Source: Flavobacteriales bacterium (GTDB taxonomy: Bacteria; Bacteroidota; Bacteroidia; Flavobacteriales_F; PHOS-HE28). From it: a DNA stretch of 64,000 nucleotides. Location: NCBI GenBank assembly GCA_016705955.1, contig JADJKO010000010.1, positions 6,280 to 70,279 of the forward strand. Direction: 5' to 3'. How positions within the stretch are numbered: the first letter of the stretch is position 1; every line of letters begins with the position of its first letter. The position numbers and the translations under genes were made by a program. Shown piece after piece: positions 1 through 9,811 of the stretch. Below the pieces are notes generated by a model. It was not told where the DNA came from, ran no database searches, and saw only the letters and a program-made list of their open reading frames with translations.

Positions 1-64
1 GGTCCGCGCCAGCGGGGCAAGCACCACGAAGAGCGCGGCTACCTTCGCCCACGAACTTCCCCTC

Positions 65-1006
65 ATGCTCCAAGTAGAAGGCGTCAGCAAACGGTTCGGT
101 GACTTCACCGCGCTGGATGGCATCACCATGGACGTGCCGCCCGGACAGGTCTTCGGCTTGTTGGGCCCGAACGGTGCGGGCAAGACCACGTTGATCCGCA
201 TCATCACCCGCATCACCGGTCCGGATGAAGGACGCGTGTTGCTGGACGGCAAACCGATGCGCGATGCCGATGTGGCACGCATGGGCTACCTGCCGGAGGA
301 GCGTGGACTGTACAAGAAGATGAAGGTGGGCGAGCAGGCGCTCTACCTCGCGCGGTTGAAAGGACTCACGAAGGCGGACGCGACCAAACGCTTGAAGGCG
401 TGGTTCGAACGGTGGGGGATCGATGGCTGGTGGAACAAGAAGGTGGAGGAACTGAGCAAGGGCATGGCGCAGAAGGTGCAGTTCATCACCACGGTGCTGC
501 ATGAACCGAAGCTGATCATCCTCGATGAACCGTTCAGCGGCTTCGATCCCATCAACGCCGACCTGATCCGTACGGAGATCATCCGCCTGCGCAATGAGGG
601 CGTCACGGTGATGCTGAGCACGCACAGCATGCCGAGCGTGGAGGAGTTGTGCGACAACATCGGCCTCATCGACAAGGCGCGGCTGATGCTCCACGGCAAC
701 GTGAAGGAGATCCGGAAGCAGTACGCCACGAACACGTACCGGATCGAATACGACGGCAATCGCGTGGCGCTGGGCAACGCCCTCTCCTTCACCGGTGAAC
801 TCGTCGGCGCCGAGGACCGCGATGACCACCACATGGCCCGTGTGCGCATCGCGAAAGGATCCACGGTGAATGATGTGCTGCGCCAACTGTTGCCGACCGT
901 GGCGATCCATGGCGTACAAGAAGAAGTGCCCCGCATGCACGACATCTTCATCCGCGCGGTGAGCGAACACCAGCCGGAGAACTTGGTCGTTGGAATGACA
1001 GAGTGA
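65..1006 (+). CDS. ABC transporter ATP-binding protein
   Basis: 313-aa ORF with Walker A GPNGAGKTT, ABC signature LSKGMAQK and Walker B LIILDEP; followed directly by an ABC-2 permease gene. Confidence 0.85.
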   Translation: MLQVEGVSKRFGDFTALDGITMDVPPGQVFGLLGPNGAGKTTLIRIITRITGPDEGRVLLDGKPMRDADVARMGYLPEERGLYKKMKVGEQALYLARLKGLTKADATKRLKAWFERWGIDGWWNKKVEELSKGMAQKVQFITTVLHEPKLIILDEPFSGFDPINADLIRTEIIRLRNEGVTVMLSTHSMPSVEELCDNIGLIDKARLMLHGNVKEIRKQYATNTYRIEYDGNRVALGNALSFTGELVGAEDRDDHHMARVRIAKGSTVNDVLRQLLPTVAIHGVQEEVPRMHDIFIRAVSEHQPENLVVGMTE

Positions 1007-1034
1007 TGCACACACACCGGCCCGCCGCACGTTG

Positions 1035-1080
1035 CGCGTTACGTGTTGACGGGTTGCGGGTTGACCCAACACGTAACGCG
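1035..1080. repeat. Near-perfect palindromic intergenic hairpin (14-bp stem cgcgttacgtgttg / caacacgtaacgcg, 18-nt loop); second family member at 24646-24705
   Basis: Inverted repeat read directly in the sequence between the ABC ATPase stop and the permease start; shares the core gcgttacgtgttgacgggtt-cgggtt with the copy between cysD and cysN. Confidence 0.6.
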
Positions 1081-1106
1081 TAACCGCCCAACACGCAACC
1101 CCTCGC

Positions 1107-2429
1107 ATGAACAAGACCCGGCTCATCATCTGGCGCGAATTCACCACGCGTGTGCGCAAGCCCAGCTTCCTGATCATGACGATCCTGGGGCCGCTCCTCA
1201 TCGCCGGTGGCATCCTGGCCATGGCGTGGATCGGATCACAGGAAAGCACCAAGCACCAGGTGCTGGTGATCGACACCGAAGGCGTGATCGGTCGCCGGTT
1301 GGAGGACACCGACAAGGTGAGCTTCTTCATTGATGGCAACCAGTGGCCGGACCCGGTCTTCAAGGCCAGCCCGTACACCATCCGCATCAACCTGCTGCCG
1401 GACGTGTTGAACGACCCGAAGGCGGACCTCTACTACAAGACTGTTCCGAGCGAGTTCGTAATGAGCCACATCCGCAACCAGTTGGACAAGACCATTGAAT
1501 TGGCACGCTTGAAGAAGGAACAGATCGACCCGGAAGCGTTCGAGCGCATCCGCAAACCGGTGGATATCGACTCCTTCGACATCGAGAAGGTGGGCACGCA
1601 ATCGTATGCGCAGGAGCGCGCGATGATCGGCTTCTTCTTCGGCTACTTCATGTTCATCTTCATCTTCATGTACGGCGTGCAGGTGATGCGTGGCGTGATG
1701 GAGGAGAAGCAGAATCGCGTGGTGGAAGTGCTCATCAGCAGTGTGAAGCCGTTCCAGTTGATGATGGGCAAGATCATCGGGATCGCCCTCGTCGGCTTCA
1801 CGCAGTTCATCCTGTGGATCGTGATCACCGGCACGCTCACCGTGGTAGGCATGTCCGTACTCGGCGCCGACCGGTACGATCCATCCGAGCTCGCACAACA
1901 AGGGATGACCACCGAGGTACGCGACCAGCTCATCAAGCAACAGATGCCTGCCGCCGACTCCGGGTTCGACCAGGAGAAGGTCGCGGACATCATCAAACAG
2001 GTGAACATCCCGCTCGTGCTGGTCACCTTCCTCTTCTACTTCATCTGCGGGTACCTGTTGTACAGTTCACTCCTTGCCGCCATCGGCAGCGCGGTGGACA
2101 GCGAGACGGACACGCAACAGTTCATGTTCCCGGTCACCTTGCCCATGATCATCGCCATCATCGTGGCGCAGATCGCCGTGATGAACCCGGCAAGTCCTGC
2201 GGTGATCTGGTGCAGCTTCATCCCTTTCACCAGCCCGATCGTGATGATGGTGCGCGTGGCGATGGGCAGCGCGCCGCTCTGGCAATTGCTGCTCAGCATG
2301 GGCCTGCTGGTGATCACCTTCATCGGTACCACGTGGTTGGCTGGACGGATCTACCGCACAGGCATCCTCATGTACGGCAAGAAGATCAGCTGGAAGGAAC
2401 TGGGGAAGTGGTTGTTCTACAAAGGATAG
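1107..2429 (+). CDS. ABC-2 family transporter permease
   Basis: 440-aa ORF with an N-terminal TM helix, a large extracytoplasmic loop and a C-terminal cluster of hydrophobic helices, typical of ABC-2/NatB-like permeases; co-oriented with the upstream ATPase. Confidence 0.75.
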   Translation: MNKTRLIIWREFTTRVRKPSFLIMTILGPLLIAGGILAMAWIGSQESTKHQVLVIDTEGVIGRRLEDTDKVSFFIDGNQWPDPVFKASPYTIRINLLPDVLNDPKADLYYKTVPSEFVMSHIRNQLDKTIELARLKKEQIDPEAFERIRKPVDIDSFDIEKVGTQSYAQERAMIGFFFGYFMFIFIFMYGVQVMRGVMEEKQNRVVEVLISSVKPFQLMMGKIIGIALVGFTQFILWIVITGTLTVVGMSVLGADRYDPSELAQQGMTTEVRDQLIKQQMPAADSGFDQEKVADIIKQVNIPLVLVTFLFYFICGYLLYSSLLAAIGSAVDSETDTQQFMFPVTLPMIIAIIVAQIAVMNPASPAVIWCSFIPFTSPIVMMVRVAMGSAPLWQLLLSMGLLVITFIGTTWLAGRIYRTGILMYGKKISWKELGKWLFYKG

Positions 2430-2534
2430 AACGCTGCAGGCTGCACGCTTCACGCTCGATCGACCATGAGAGAACGATCACCTTCGACCGATCACGCGTG
2501 CAGCGTGCGGCGTCCCGCCTGAAGCGTACCCATC

Positions 2535-3446
2535 ATGCGCGAAGCCATCATCGATCTCGGCACGAACACTTTCAATTTATTGGTCTTCGAGCGCGGTGAT
2601 GCAGGCTTGAACGTCGTGCATAGTGCGGAGCTTCCTGTCTTCCTAGGGAAAGGCGGCATCGAGAACCGAAGAATCGCGGAGGATGCGTTCACGCGAGGGA
2701 TGGAAGCGTTGCGAACACACAAGGCCACAGCGCAAGAATACGGAGCAACGCACATGCGTGGTTTCGGAACCTCGGCGTTGCGGAGTGCGCGCAACGGCAA
2801 GGACTTCGTGGAACAGGTTCGGCGTGAATTGGACATCGCGATCACGGTGATCCCCGGTGAAGAGGAAGCCGACCTGATCCTTGCTGGCGTTCGGCAAGCG
2901 GTGCCCTTCGGCAAGCAGCCTTCGTTGGTGATGGACATCGGCGGCGGCAGCATCGAGTTCATCCTCGCCACCAACAGGGCGCTGATGTGGAAGCGCAGTT
3001 TCGAACTCGGCGTGACGCGTTTGCGCGAGCGGATCCCGATCAGCGATCCGATCACGGTGGACGAGGAAGCACGCATCGCGCAATACCTCGACAGTCAGTT
3101 GGAAGGGCTCTACGCCGTGGTGGAGCGCCAAGAGCCGCATGTCCTCGTGGGCAGCGCAGGCAGCTTCGATACGCTCGCGCACATCATCGCTGCGGATCGC
3201 GGCATCACCATCCCATCGGACACGAACAAGCTCGCGTTCACAGCACTCGAGTTCGACGCGCTGCGTGATCGCATTTTACGCTTGACCTGCAGTGAACGCT
3301 CACGTGTACCCGGCCTGCCGGAGCATCGCGTGGAGACCATCCCCTATGCCCTCATCGCCATCGAACGCGTCCTGATCGCGGGCGGCATCCGCGAACTGGC
3401 GTGGAGCCGGTATGCACTGAAGGAGGGCGCCGCGATGCGCTCGTAG
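2535..3446 (+). CDS. Ppx/GppA family phosphatase (exopolyphosphatase / pppGpp phosphohydrolase)
   Basis: 303-aa ORF; N-terminus IIDLGTNTFNLLV and later DIGGGSIEF match the ASKHA-fold Ppx/GppA motifs. Confidence 0.8.
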   Translation: MREAIIDLGTNTFNLLVFERGDAGLNVVHSAELPVFLGKGGIENRRIAEDAFTRGMEALRTHKATAQEYGATHMRGFGTSALRSARNGKDFVEQVRRELDIAITVIPGEEEADLILAGVRQAVPFGKQPSLVMDIGGGSIEFILATNRALMWKRSFELGVTRLRERIPISDPITVDEEARIAQYLDSQLEGLYAVVERQEPHVLVGSAGSFDTLAHIIAADRGITIPSDTNKLAFTALEFDALRDRILRLTCSERSRVPGLPEHRVETIPYALIAIERVLIAGGIRELAWSRYALKEGAAMRS

Positions 3447-3620
3447 CCGCAACGGCCGAACCGGTACCTTGGCGGAATGCCGCTGAAGCAGCACCACACT
3501 CTCATCCGGCAATTGCCGATCCCCTCCAGGATCGGGAAGGAGGAATCGCAGTACCGGCGTGCGAAGAAGCTCCACGCATTCCGAGTTGGCGCGCGACGGC
3601 GAGTGAAGGATGTGGCGTTC

Positions 3621-4442
3621 ATGACCGTGGGTGTGTTCAGCGCCGCGTTCGGGCTGGAGGGCTTCCTTTTGCCGAATGATTTCATCGATGGTGGCGCAAC
3701 GGGTATCGCACTGCTCGTTTCGAGCCTGACGGGCTGGCCGCTCTCCGCCTTGCTCGTGTTGATCAATGCCCCGTTCATCATCATCGCGTACCGGTCGATC
3801 AGTCGGGAGTTCGCGATCAAGACCATGGTCGCCATCCTCGGCTTGGCTGCGGTCACGGCCAGTGTGCCATTCCCGGATATGACCCATGATAAGTTGCTGG
3901 TGGCCATCTTCGGCGGCTTCTGTCTCGGCGCAGGTATCGGCCTCTCGGTGCGCGGTGGCAGCGTGATCGACGGGACGGAAGTGGTGGCACTGGCCGCCAG
4001 TCGCAAACTCGGCAGTACCATCGGTGATGTGATCATGGGGATCAACCTGATCATCTTCGGCGTAGCGGCATGGTTGCTCGGTGTGGAAACCGCCATGTAC
4101 GCCATGGTCACCTACCTCGCGGCAAGCAAGACGGTGGACTTCGTAGTGGAAGGCATCGAGGAGTACACGGGCATCACCATCATCAGCCCGCACCATGATG
4201 AAGTGCGCCGCATGATCACGCACGTCATGGGCCGTGGGCTCACGGTGTACACCGGTCGGCGCGGCTACGGCAAGGACACGCACAGCATCGAGACGGAGAT
4301 CATCTATTGTGTGATCACGCGCTTGGAGATCAGCAAGCTGCTCACCGAAGTGGAGAAGATCGACCCGAATGCCTTCGTGGTGATGAGCCCGGTGAAGGAC
4401 ACGCGCGGGGGAATGATCAAGAAGCGGCCGTTGGAGCACTAG
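3621..4442 (+). CDS. YitT family membrane protein (DUF161/DUF2179)
   Basis: Multi-TM protein with the YitT-like pattern and a C-terminal DUF2179-like soluble domain; start placed at an internal Met (3621), the ORF's 5' extension from 3477 looks non-coding. Confidence 0.7.
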   Translation: MTVGVFSAAFGLEGFLLPNDFIDGGATGIALLVSSLTGWPLSALLVLINAPFIIIAYRSISREFAIKTMVAILGLAAVTASVPFPDMTHDKLLVAIFGGFCLGAGIGLSVRGGSVIDGTEVVALAASRKLGSTIGDVIMGINLIIFGVAAWLLGVETAMYAMVTYLAASKTVDFVVEGIEEYTGITIISPHHDEVRRMITHVMGRGLTVYTGRRGYGKDTHSIETEIIYCVITRLEISKLLTEVEKIDPNAFVVMSPVKDTRGGMIKKRPLEH

Positions 4443-4519
4443 CTGCGGCCGGAACCCGCAATTGGTCGTTCATATCATCCGGGCGGATCTCACGCCGCAT
4501 CTTTGCCCATCCCCTACCC

Positions 4520-5695
4520 ATGGCCAACATCCTGATCATCGACGACGAGAAAGCGATCCGCGCGGCACTGCGCGACATCCTGGAGCACGAGAAGCACAAG
4601 GTGGAGGAGGCCGAGGACGGTGCTGCCGGATTGGACAAGGCGAAGAAGACCAAGTTCGACCTGGTGCTGTGCGACATCAAGATGCCCAGGATGGACGGCA
4701 TCGAGGTGCTGGAGAAACTACAGGCCCACGACCCCGACCTGCCCGTGGTAATGATCAGCGGACACGGCAACATCGACACCGCCGTGGACGCCTTGAAGAA
4801 GGGCGCCTTCGATTTCATCCAGAAACCACCGGACATCAATCGGATCCTGGTAAGCGTGCGCAACGCGCTGGACCGCGGCGACCTGGTGCAGGAGACCAAG
4901 GTGCTGCGCCAGAAGGTGGGCAAGTCCAAGGGCAACGGCGTGCAGATGATCGGCGAGAGCAAGTCGCTCGAAGCGATCCGCGAGATGATCGAGAAGGTGG
5001 CGCCGAGCGATGCGCGCGTGTTGATCACCGGCGGCAACGGAGCGGGCAAGGAAGGCGTGGCGCGGTTGATCCACCAGAAGAGCCAGCGCGCCAACGGACC
5101 CTACATCGAAGTGAACTGCGCGGCGATCCCCGGCGAACTGATCGAGAGCGAACTCTTCGGACACATGAAAGGCAGCTTCACCAGTGCGATCAAGGACCGC
5201 AAAGGCAAGTTCGAACTGGCCGATGGCGGGACGCTCTTCCTCGACGAGATCGGCGATATGGCATTGGCCGCGCAAGCGAAGGTGTTGCGCGCGTTGCAGG
5301 AAGGGCGCATCACTCCCGTGGGTGGCGACAAGGACGTGAGCGTGAACGTGCGCGTGATCGCCGCTACGAACAAGGACCTGAAGAAGGAGATCGCCGAGGG
5401 GCGCTTCCGCGAGGATCTCTTCCACCGCCTGAGCGTGATCCCGATCCACGTGCCCAGCCTGAGCGAGCGCTTGGATGATGTGCCTCTTCTGGCGGACCAT
5501 TTCATCGGACTGGTCTGCGCGGAGCAAGGCATTGCCCCGAAGAAGATCGCGGACAAAGCCGTGAAGGAATTGCAGAAGCTGCCTTGGACCGGGAACGTAC
5601 GTGAGTTGCGCAACGTGATCGAACGTCTGGTGATCCTCAGCGGCAAGGAGATCACGGATGCGGATGTGAAGACCTACGCCTCTCCGAAGGGCTGA
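4520..5695 (+). CDS. Sigma-54-dependent response regulator (receiver + AAA+ activator domain, no C-terminal HTH)
   Basis: MANILIIDDEKAIR receiver with phospho-acceptor region LVLCDIKMP; AAA+ domain with Walker A GGNGAGKE and the sigma-54 contact motif ESELFGHMKGSFTSA (GAFTGA variant); the ORF ends right after the AAA+ domain. Confidence 0.85.
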   Translation: MANILIIDDEKAIRAALRDILEHEKHKVEEAEDGAAGLDKAKKTKFDLVLCDIKMPRMDGIEVLEKLQAHDPDLPVVMISGHGNIDTAVDALKKGAFDFIQKPPDINRILVSVRNALDRGDLVQETKVLRQKVGKSKGNGVQMIGESKSLEAIREMIEKVAPSDARVLITGGNGAGKEGVARLIHQKSQRANGPYIEVNCAAIPGELIESELFGHMKGSFTSAIKDRKGKFELADGGTLFLDEIGDMALAAQAKVLRALQEGRITPVGGDKDVSVNVRVIAATNKDLKKEIAEGRFREDLFHRLSVIPIHVPSLSERLDDVPLLADHFIGLVCAEQGIAPKKIADKAVKELQKLPWTGNVRELRNVIERLVILSGKEITDADVKTYASPKG

Positions 5696-5823
5696 TCGCG
5701 GGCTCATCAGAGCCTTTTCCCGGTTCGGCCGATCGACCTTTCCATCTGGTCGAACCCACATGCGAATGGGGAAAGTTCCGCGTTGACACAGGCAACTGGG
5801 CCGGATTACGCGCGTCTCTTTGC

Positions 5824-6327
5824 ATGGAACCTCCTGCATTTCGGGCACTTATCGTCCCACCAATCCTGCACGTCATGGACTTCATCATGGGTATTCACAA
5901 GTACTTCTATACCACGCTGGGCATGGGTAGCGCGTTCTACTATGCCATCGGCTTCATCGCGGTCACTGCGCTAATGGCGCAGTGGCGGCTGTATGAGAAG
6001 TGCCGCTTGCCCGGTCTTGCGGCCTTCGTGCCGATCTGGAACATCAAGGTCTTCCTGCAGATCGTTGGTCGTCCGGCATGGCAGGGCTGGTTGTTCTTCG
6101 TCCCGGTCTGGGGCCAACTCTACTTCCTGCCCAAGGTCTGGATCGAGGTGGTGCAGTGCTTCGGCAAGAAGAGCATCATGGATTACGTGTTGGTACTCGC
6201 GCTCAACGGCCTGTATGTGATGAACCTGGCCTTCGGCGAGAGCGAACAATACCTCGGCCCGAAGTACAACGCGACCCCGCTGCCTCCGCCCACCAAACTG
6301 AAGGGTGCGCGCGCCCAGATGGCGTGA
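5824..6327 (+). CDS. Hypothetical small membrane protein (DUF5684-like)
   Basis: 167-aa ORF with 3-4 predicted TM helices; start uncertain (alternative Met at 5877). Confidence 0.45.
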   Translation: MEPPAFRALIVPPILHVMDFIMGIHKYFYTTLGMGSAFYYAIGFIAVTALMAQWRLYEKCRLPGLAAFVPIWNIKVFLQIVGRPAWQGWLFFVPVWGQLYFLPKVWIEVVQCFGKKSIMDYVLVLALNGLYVMNLAFGESEQYLGPKYNATPLPPPTKLKGARAQMA

Positions 6328-6336
6328 AGTATCTCC

Positions 6337-6382
6337 GGTTGCCACGAAGCCCCTCCTGAGCGGATCATGAGGGGCTTCGTCA
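6337..6382. terminator. Putative bidirectional terminator hairpin between convergent genes
   Basis: 10-bp stem gaagcccctc / gaggggcttc with a 13-nt loop between the 5824..6327(+) and 6528..7889(-) genes; no strong T-tract. Confidence 0.35.
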
Positions 6383-6527
6383 TTCCAGGTCTTGAAGGAA
6401 GGGACCCGACTTCTCGACGCTTTCCCTTGGCCGATCGGAGATCCGATCTCCAAGGAAGGATCAAGATCCCGAACTCATCCGAGCGGATCCTGTCATGCGC
6501 ACACGTTCCGGATCGATGTCCTTGACA

Positions 6528-7889
6528 TCATATGCAGGCTTCGTCCGCAATGCTGATCGCCTTACTGATGATCTCCATCCCCTCATCCACACCCGCCTCA
6601 TCGATGCACAGCGGCGGCGCGACGAAGATCCAGTTCCAGCGCACGAAGGTGAACATGCCCAGCTCGTTGATCCTGGCGGCCACCTTGTTCATCACGCCCA
6701 TCTCCTCGGGCTTCGCATTCCACGGTGCCATCGGTTCCTTGGTGTCGCGGTTCTTCACCAGTTCGATGCAACCCAGCAGGCCGGTGTTGCGGAAGTCGCC
6801 GATGCTCGGGTGCATCCTCGCGAGCGCAGCGACGCGATCCTCCACGTACTTGCCCATGCGCGCGGCGTTCTCCACCAGCTTCTCCTCCTCGTAGATGTCG
6901 ATCACCGCGTTGGCAGCGGCGCAGGCCACAGCGTGCGCGCTGTACGTGAGCCCGATCGGTAGCGGCTTGTCATCGAAGTGTTTGATGATCTCTTCGCGCA
7001 CGATGATGCCGCCGAGCGGAATGTAGCCGCTGGTGAGGCCCTTCGCCATGCACAGGATGTCCGGCACCACACCGTGGTGATCGATGCCGAACCATTTGCC
7101 GGTGCGACCGAAGCCGCTCATCACCTCATCGCAGATGGTGAGGATGCCGTACTTGTCGGCAATCGCCTTCACGCCCTTCCAGTAGCCCGGCGGGTACTTG
7201 ATGCAGCCGCTGCTGCCGCTCTCCCCTTCCATCATGATCGCCGCGACGTATTGCGGGCCTTCGTACTTCACCACGCGCTCAAGGTGCGCCAGCGCGTTCT
7301 CCGTGCATTCCTCCGGCGTCCTGCTGTTCCACGGACAGCGATAGAAGTACGGGTTCTCCACATGGATGATGTTCGGCACGCCTTGGCTGTCATGCGGCAG
7401 ACCGCGGGGATCACCACCCGCGCTGAGCGCGCCGTACGTAGCGCCGTGGTAGCTCTGGTACAGCGTGATGATCTTGTGGCGACCGGTGTACAGGCGCGCG
7501 AGCTTCATGGCGTGCTCCACCGCTTCGGTACCGCCGTTGGTGAAGAAGGTGCGGTTGAGCGAGCCGGGTGTGATCTCCGCCAGCTTCTTACCCAATTTGC
7601 CGCGCGCCTCGGTGATCATACCCGGATGCACGTAACTCACCTCGGCCATCTGCTTCGCCACGGCCTCCGCCACTTTCGGATGCCCATGCCCGATGTTCAC
7701 GTTCATCAACTGCGAACTGAAATCGAGAAAGCGCTTGCCGCTCCGCTCGTAGATGTGGATGCCTTTGGCCTTCTCGATGTTCAACGGGTTCAAGCCGCTC
7801 TGCTTGCTCCACGAAAAGATGGTGTGCTCGAGGTTGTCCTTGAGGATCTCGGCGGGGTTGGTCTTGGTGGTCGTGCTCATGGTGTGCAA
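6528..7889 (-). CDS. Class-III (omega) PLP-dependent aminotransferase
   Basis: 453-aa ORF with the aspartate aminotransferase family / class III pattern (NGGTEAVEHAMKLAR, CDEVMSGFGRTGKWF with the PLP-binding Lys context). Confidence 0.85.
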   Translation of the reverse strand: MHTMSTTTKTNPAEILKDNLEHTIFSWSKQSGLNPLNIEKAKGIHIYERSGKRFLDFSSQLMNVNIGHGHPKVAEAVAKQMAEVSYVHPGMITEARGKLGKKLAEITPGSLNRTFFTNGGTEAVEHAMKLARLYTGRHKIITLYQSYHGATYGALSAGGDPRGLPHDSQGVPNIIHVENPYFYRCPWNSRTPEECTENALAHLERVVKYEGPQYVAAIMMEGESGSSGCIKYPPGYWKGVKAIADKYGILTICDEVMSGFGRTGKWFGIDHHGVVPDILCMAKGLTSGYIPLGGIIVREEIIKHFDDKPLPIGLTYSAHAVACAAANAVIDIYEEEKLVENAARMGKYVEDRVAALARMHPSIGDFRNTGLLGCIELVKNRDTKEPMAPWNAKPEEMGVMNKVAARINELGMFTFVRWNWIFVAPPLCIDEAGVDEGMEIISKAISIADEACI

Positions 7890-8048
7890 CTACAGAAAGA
7901 ATGGAACGCTGATAACGCGGAAAGGTCTGATGGTCACTGATGGAATGAAGATCCAGGATCCGCGTTGATCCACTGAACCTGCATCAACTGCGTTCCATTC
8001 ATCTCATCCGGTCGGGTATTGAGGATCACGCGCGGAACATCCTCCGCA

Positions 8049-8483
8049 TCAATTTCCGCTGATGATGTTCGGGCCGGCGGAGGTGGGGTGCATGCTGATG
8101 ACGCTGTCCACGATGTACACGCTCATACCACGCCATGGTAGCGCCCTTACGTACTCCTTGTAATGCAGGTTGAAGTGCATGCCGCTGTTCCCCATCATGG
8201 TCTTCGCGATCTCCGGATCCTCCACCGAGAAAATGAACTCGTTGCTCTGCATGGAACCCTGCGTCCCCTTCAACCCGGTCTGGATGAGTTTGCCTTCGTA
8301 GGTCTTGAAGACCATGCCCTTGTACACCACATAGTTCAACTCGCCCGCTTTGGCGCCTTCCCCGAAGACCCAGAAGTACCGGAAATAGAAGAACACCGCC
8401 CCGAAGACCACCACGAGCAAGAGCGCCCAACGCATCATCTTCCGGAAAACGCTGGTCTTCTTGGGTACCGGTTGGTCGCTCAT
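8049..8483 (-). CDS. Hypothetical membrane-anchored protein
   Basis: 144-aa ORF with a single N-terminal TM helix (WALLLVVVFGAVFFYF); no recognised domain. Confidence 0.4.
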   Translation of the reverse strand: MSDQPVPKKTSVFRKMMRWALLLVVVFGAVFFYFRYFWVFGEGAKAGELNYVVYKGMVFKTYEGKLIQTGLKGTQGSMQSNEFIFSVEDPEIAKTMMGNSGMHFNLHYKEYVRALPWRGMSVYIVDSVISMHPTSAGPNIISGN

Positions 8484-8801
8484 GCCAGCTAAGATAGCGT
8501 CGGCTTTGCCATTCCAATGTGGTTCGTTCCCCCGTTAACATCCGCCGGATGATCAGTGCGTTCGCGGATCCTGATCGGCCGGGATCCGCGATCGGATCAG
8601 CAGTACGCGAGCCAGTGGTCCGCGAAGCGCCCCGATCCGCACGAAGTCGGTGGTGAAAGTGACGACCGTGGGATCATGGTCCATGGCTGAAGAATGTTCA
8701 AGCGAGGATGGGCCGGAGAGCATTGTCGTGAACCGACCGGCTGTTACTCCGCACCCATGGAGTTCTCCGCTGGATCGGATCAGCCAGCGGTTGGATCCCG
8801 C

Positions 8802-9788
8802 TCAGACCTTCTCGAACACCATGCGGTAGTGCTCGAAGATCTCGCGCTCGAACACCTGTAGGTTGGGTGCGATCCGGTAGCGCCGTACCCACTTGCGGAA
8901 GTTGCTATTGAAGAGCTTGGGAAGCAATGTGGCGTAGAGCCCGTACTTCTGGAGATCGAACTTGTTGAAGGCGGCTGTCCATCGGTGGATCGTTTCGATG
9001 TAGTCCAAACGGCCACTGTCGGAGTGGATCAATTTGAAGCGCTCCTTCGCGGGTTCCACCATGCCTTCCTGGCCATAGGGCAGCCACGATCCAGGGAAGA
9101 CATCACAGACGAGGTCCATCAACTCTTCACCGGAGTAGCTCTTCCTGTCCTTCCACACATTCGTCTCGCCGAACTTGATGTCCTCGAACTTCACCATGTT
9201 CGGACCGAACACCATGGTCTGGCAGTAGAAGCGACCTCCCACTGGCAAGAGTTCCGCGACCTGCTTGAAGTACGTGCGGTAGATCTCCTCTTGCTTCCCC
9301 GCACGATATTCCTCCACGGAACAGAGGTGCTCCGGGCTGCCCATTGCGCAGACGGCATCGAAGAGGCCGAAGGTCTCCGGGGTGATGGACTTGCTATCCA
9401 TGTGGTGTACGTTCAATCCGTTCGCACGGCATGCATCGGCCTGGCCCTTCGCCAGCACCACTCCGGTGGTGTGTACACCGCGCTTGTTCAGATAGTCGAT
9501 GAAGGCGCCCCAGCCACATCCGATGTCCAGCACCTTATCGCCGGGTTTGATGCGGCAGTGCTCCATGATGAACGCGTGCTTGCGCTCCTGTGCCTGCTCC
9601 AAGCTCAAGGAGAAGTCGCCATCGAAGCGTGCGCCGCTATACCCGCCCTTCTCGCCCAAGCTCAGGCGGAAGATCTTGTCCATGGTGGTGTAGTGCGCGT
9701 CGAGTTCCTGCTGATCGGCCATGCGAACAAGGTAAGTGTGACCGTACCGCCCCTCGAAGTTGACGTCCTCTTCGGTGGTTCTTATCAC
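8802..9788 (-). CDS. Class I SAM-dependent methyltransferase (cyclopropane-fatty-acyl-phospholipid synthase family)
   Basis: 328-aa ORF; SAM-binding motif VLDIGCGWGAF and overall CMAS-family architecture. Confidence 0.75.
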   Translation of the reverse strand: MIRTTEEDVNFEGRYGHTYLVRMADQQELDAHYTTMDKIFRLSLGEKGGYSGARFDGDFSLSLEQAQERKHAFIMEHCRIKPGDKVLDIGCGWGAFIDYLNKRGVHTTGVVLAKGQADACRANGLNVHHMDSKSITPETFGLFDAVCAMGSPEHLCSVEEYRAGKQEEIYRTYFKQVAELLPVGGRFYCQTMVFGPNMVKFEDIKFGETNVWKDRKSYSGEELMDLVCDVFPGSWLPYGQEGMVEPAKERFKLIHSDSGRLDYIETIHRWTAAFNKFDLQKYGLYATLLPKLFNSNFRKWVRRYRIAPNLQVFEREIFEHYRMVFEKV

Positions 9789-9811
9789 ACTACGAGGTCC
9801 ATCACTTAGTT

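Noticed and set aside
3300-4439. 379-aa minus-strand ORF antisense to the YitT gene, and the 376-aa ORF 4718..5848 antisense to the sigma-54 activator
   Set aside because: High-GC antisense artefacts; they overlap confidently assigned genes and have no motif support.
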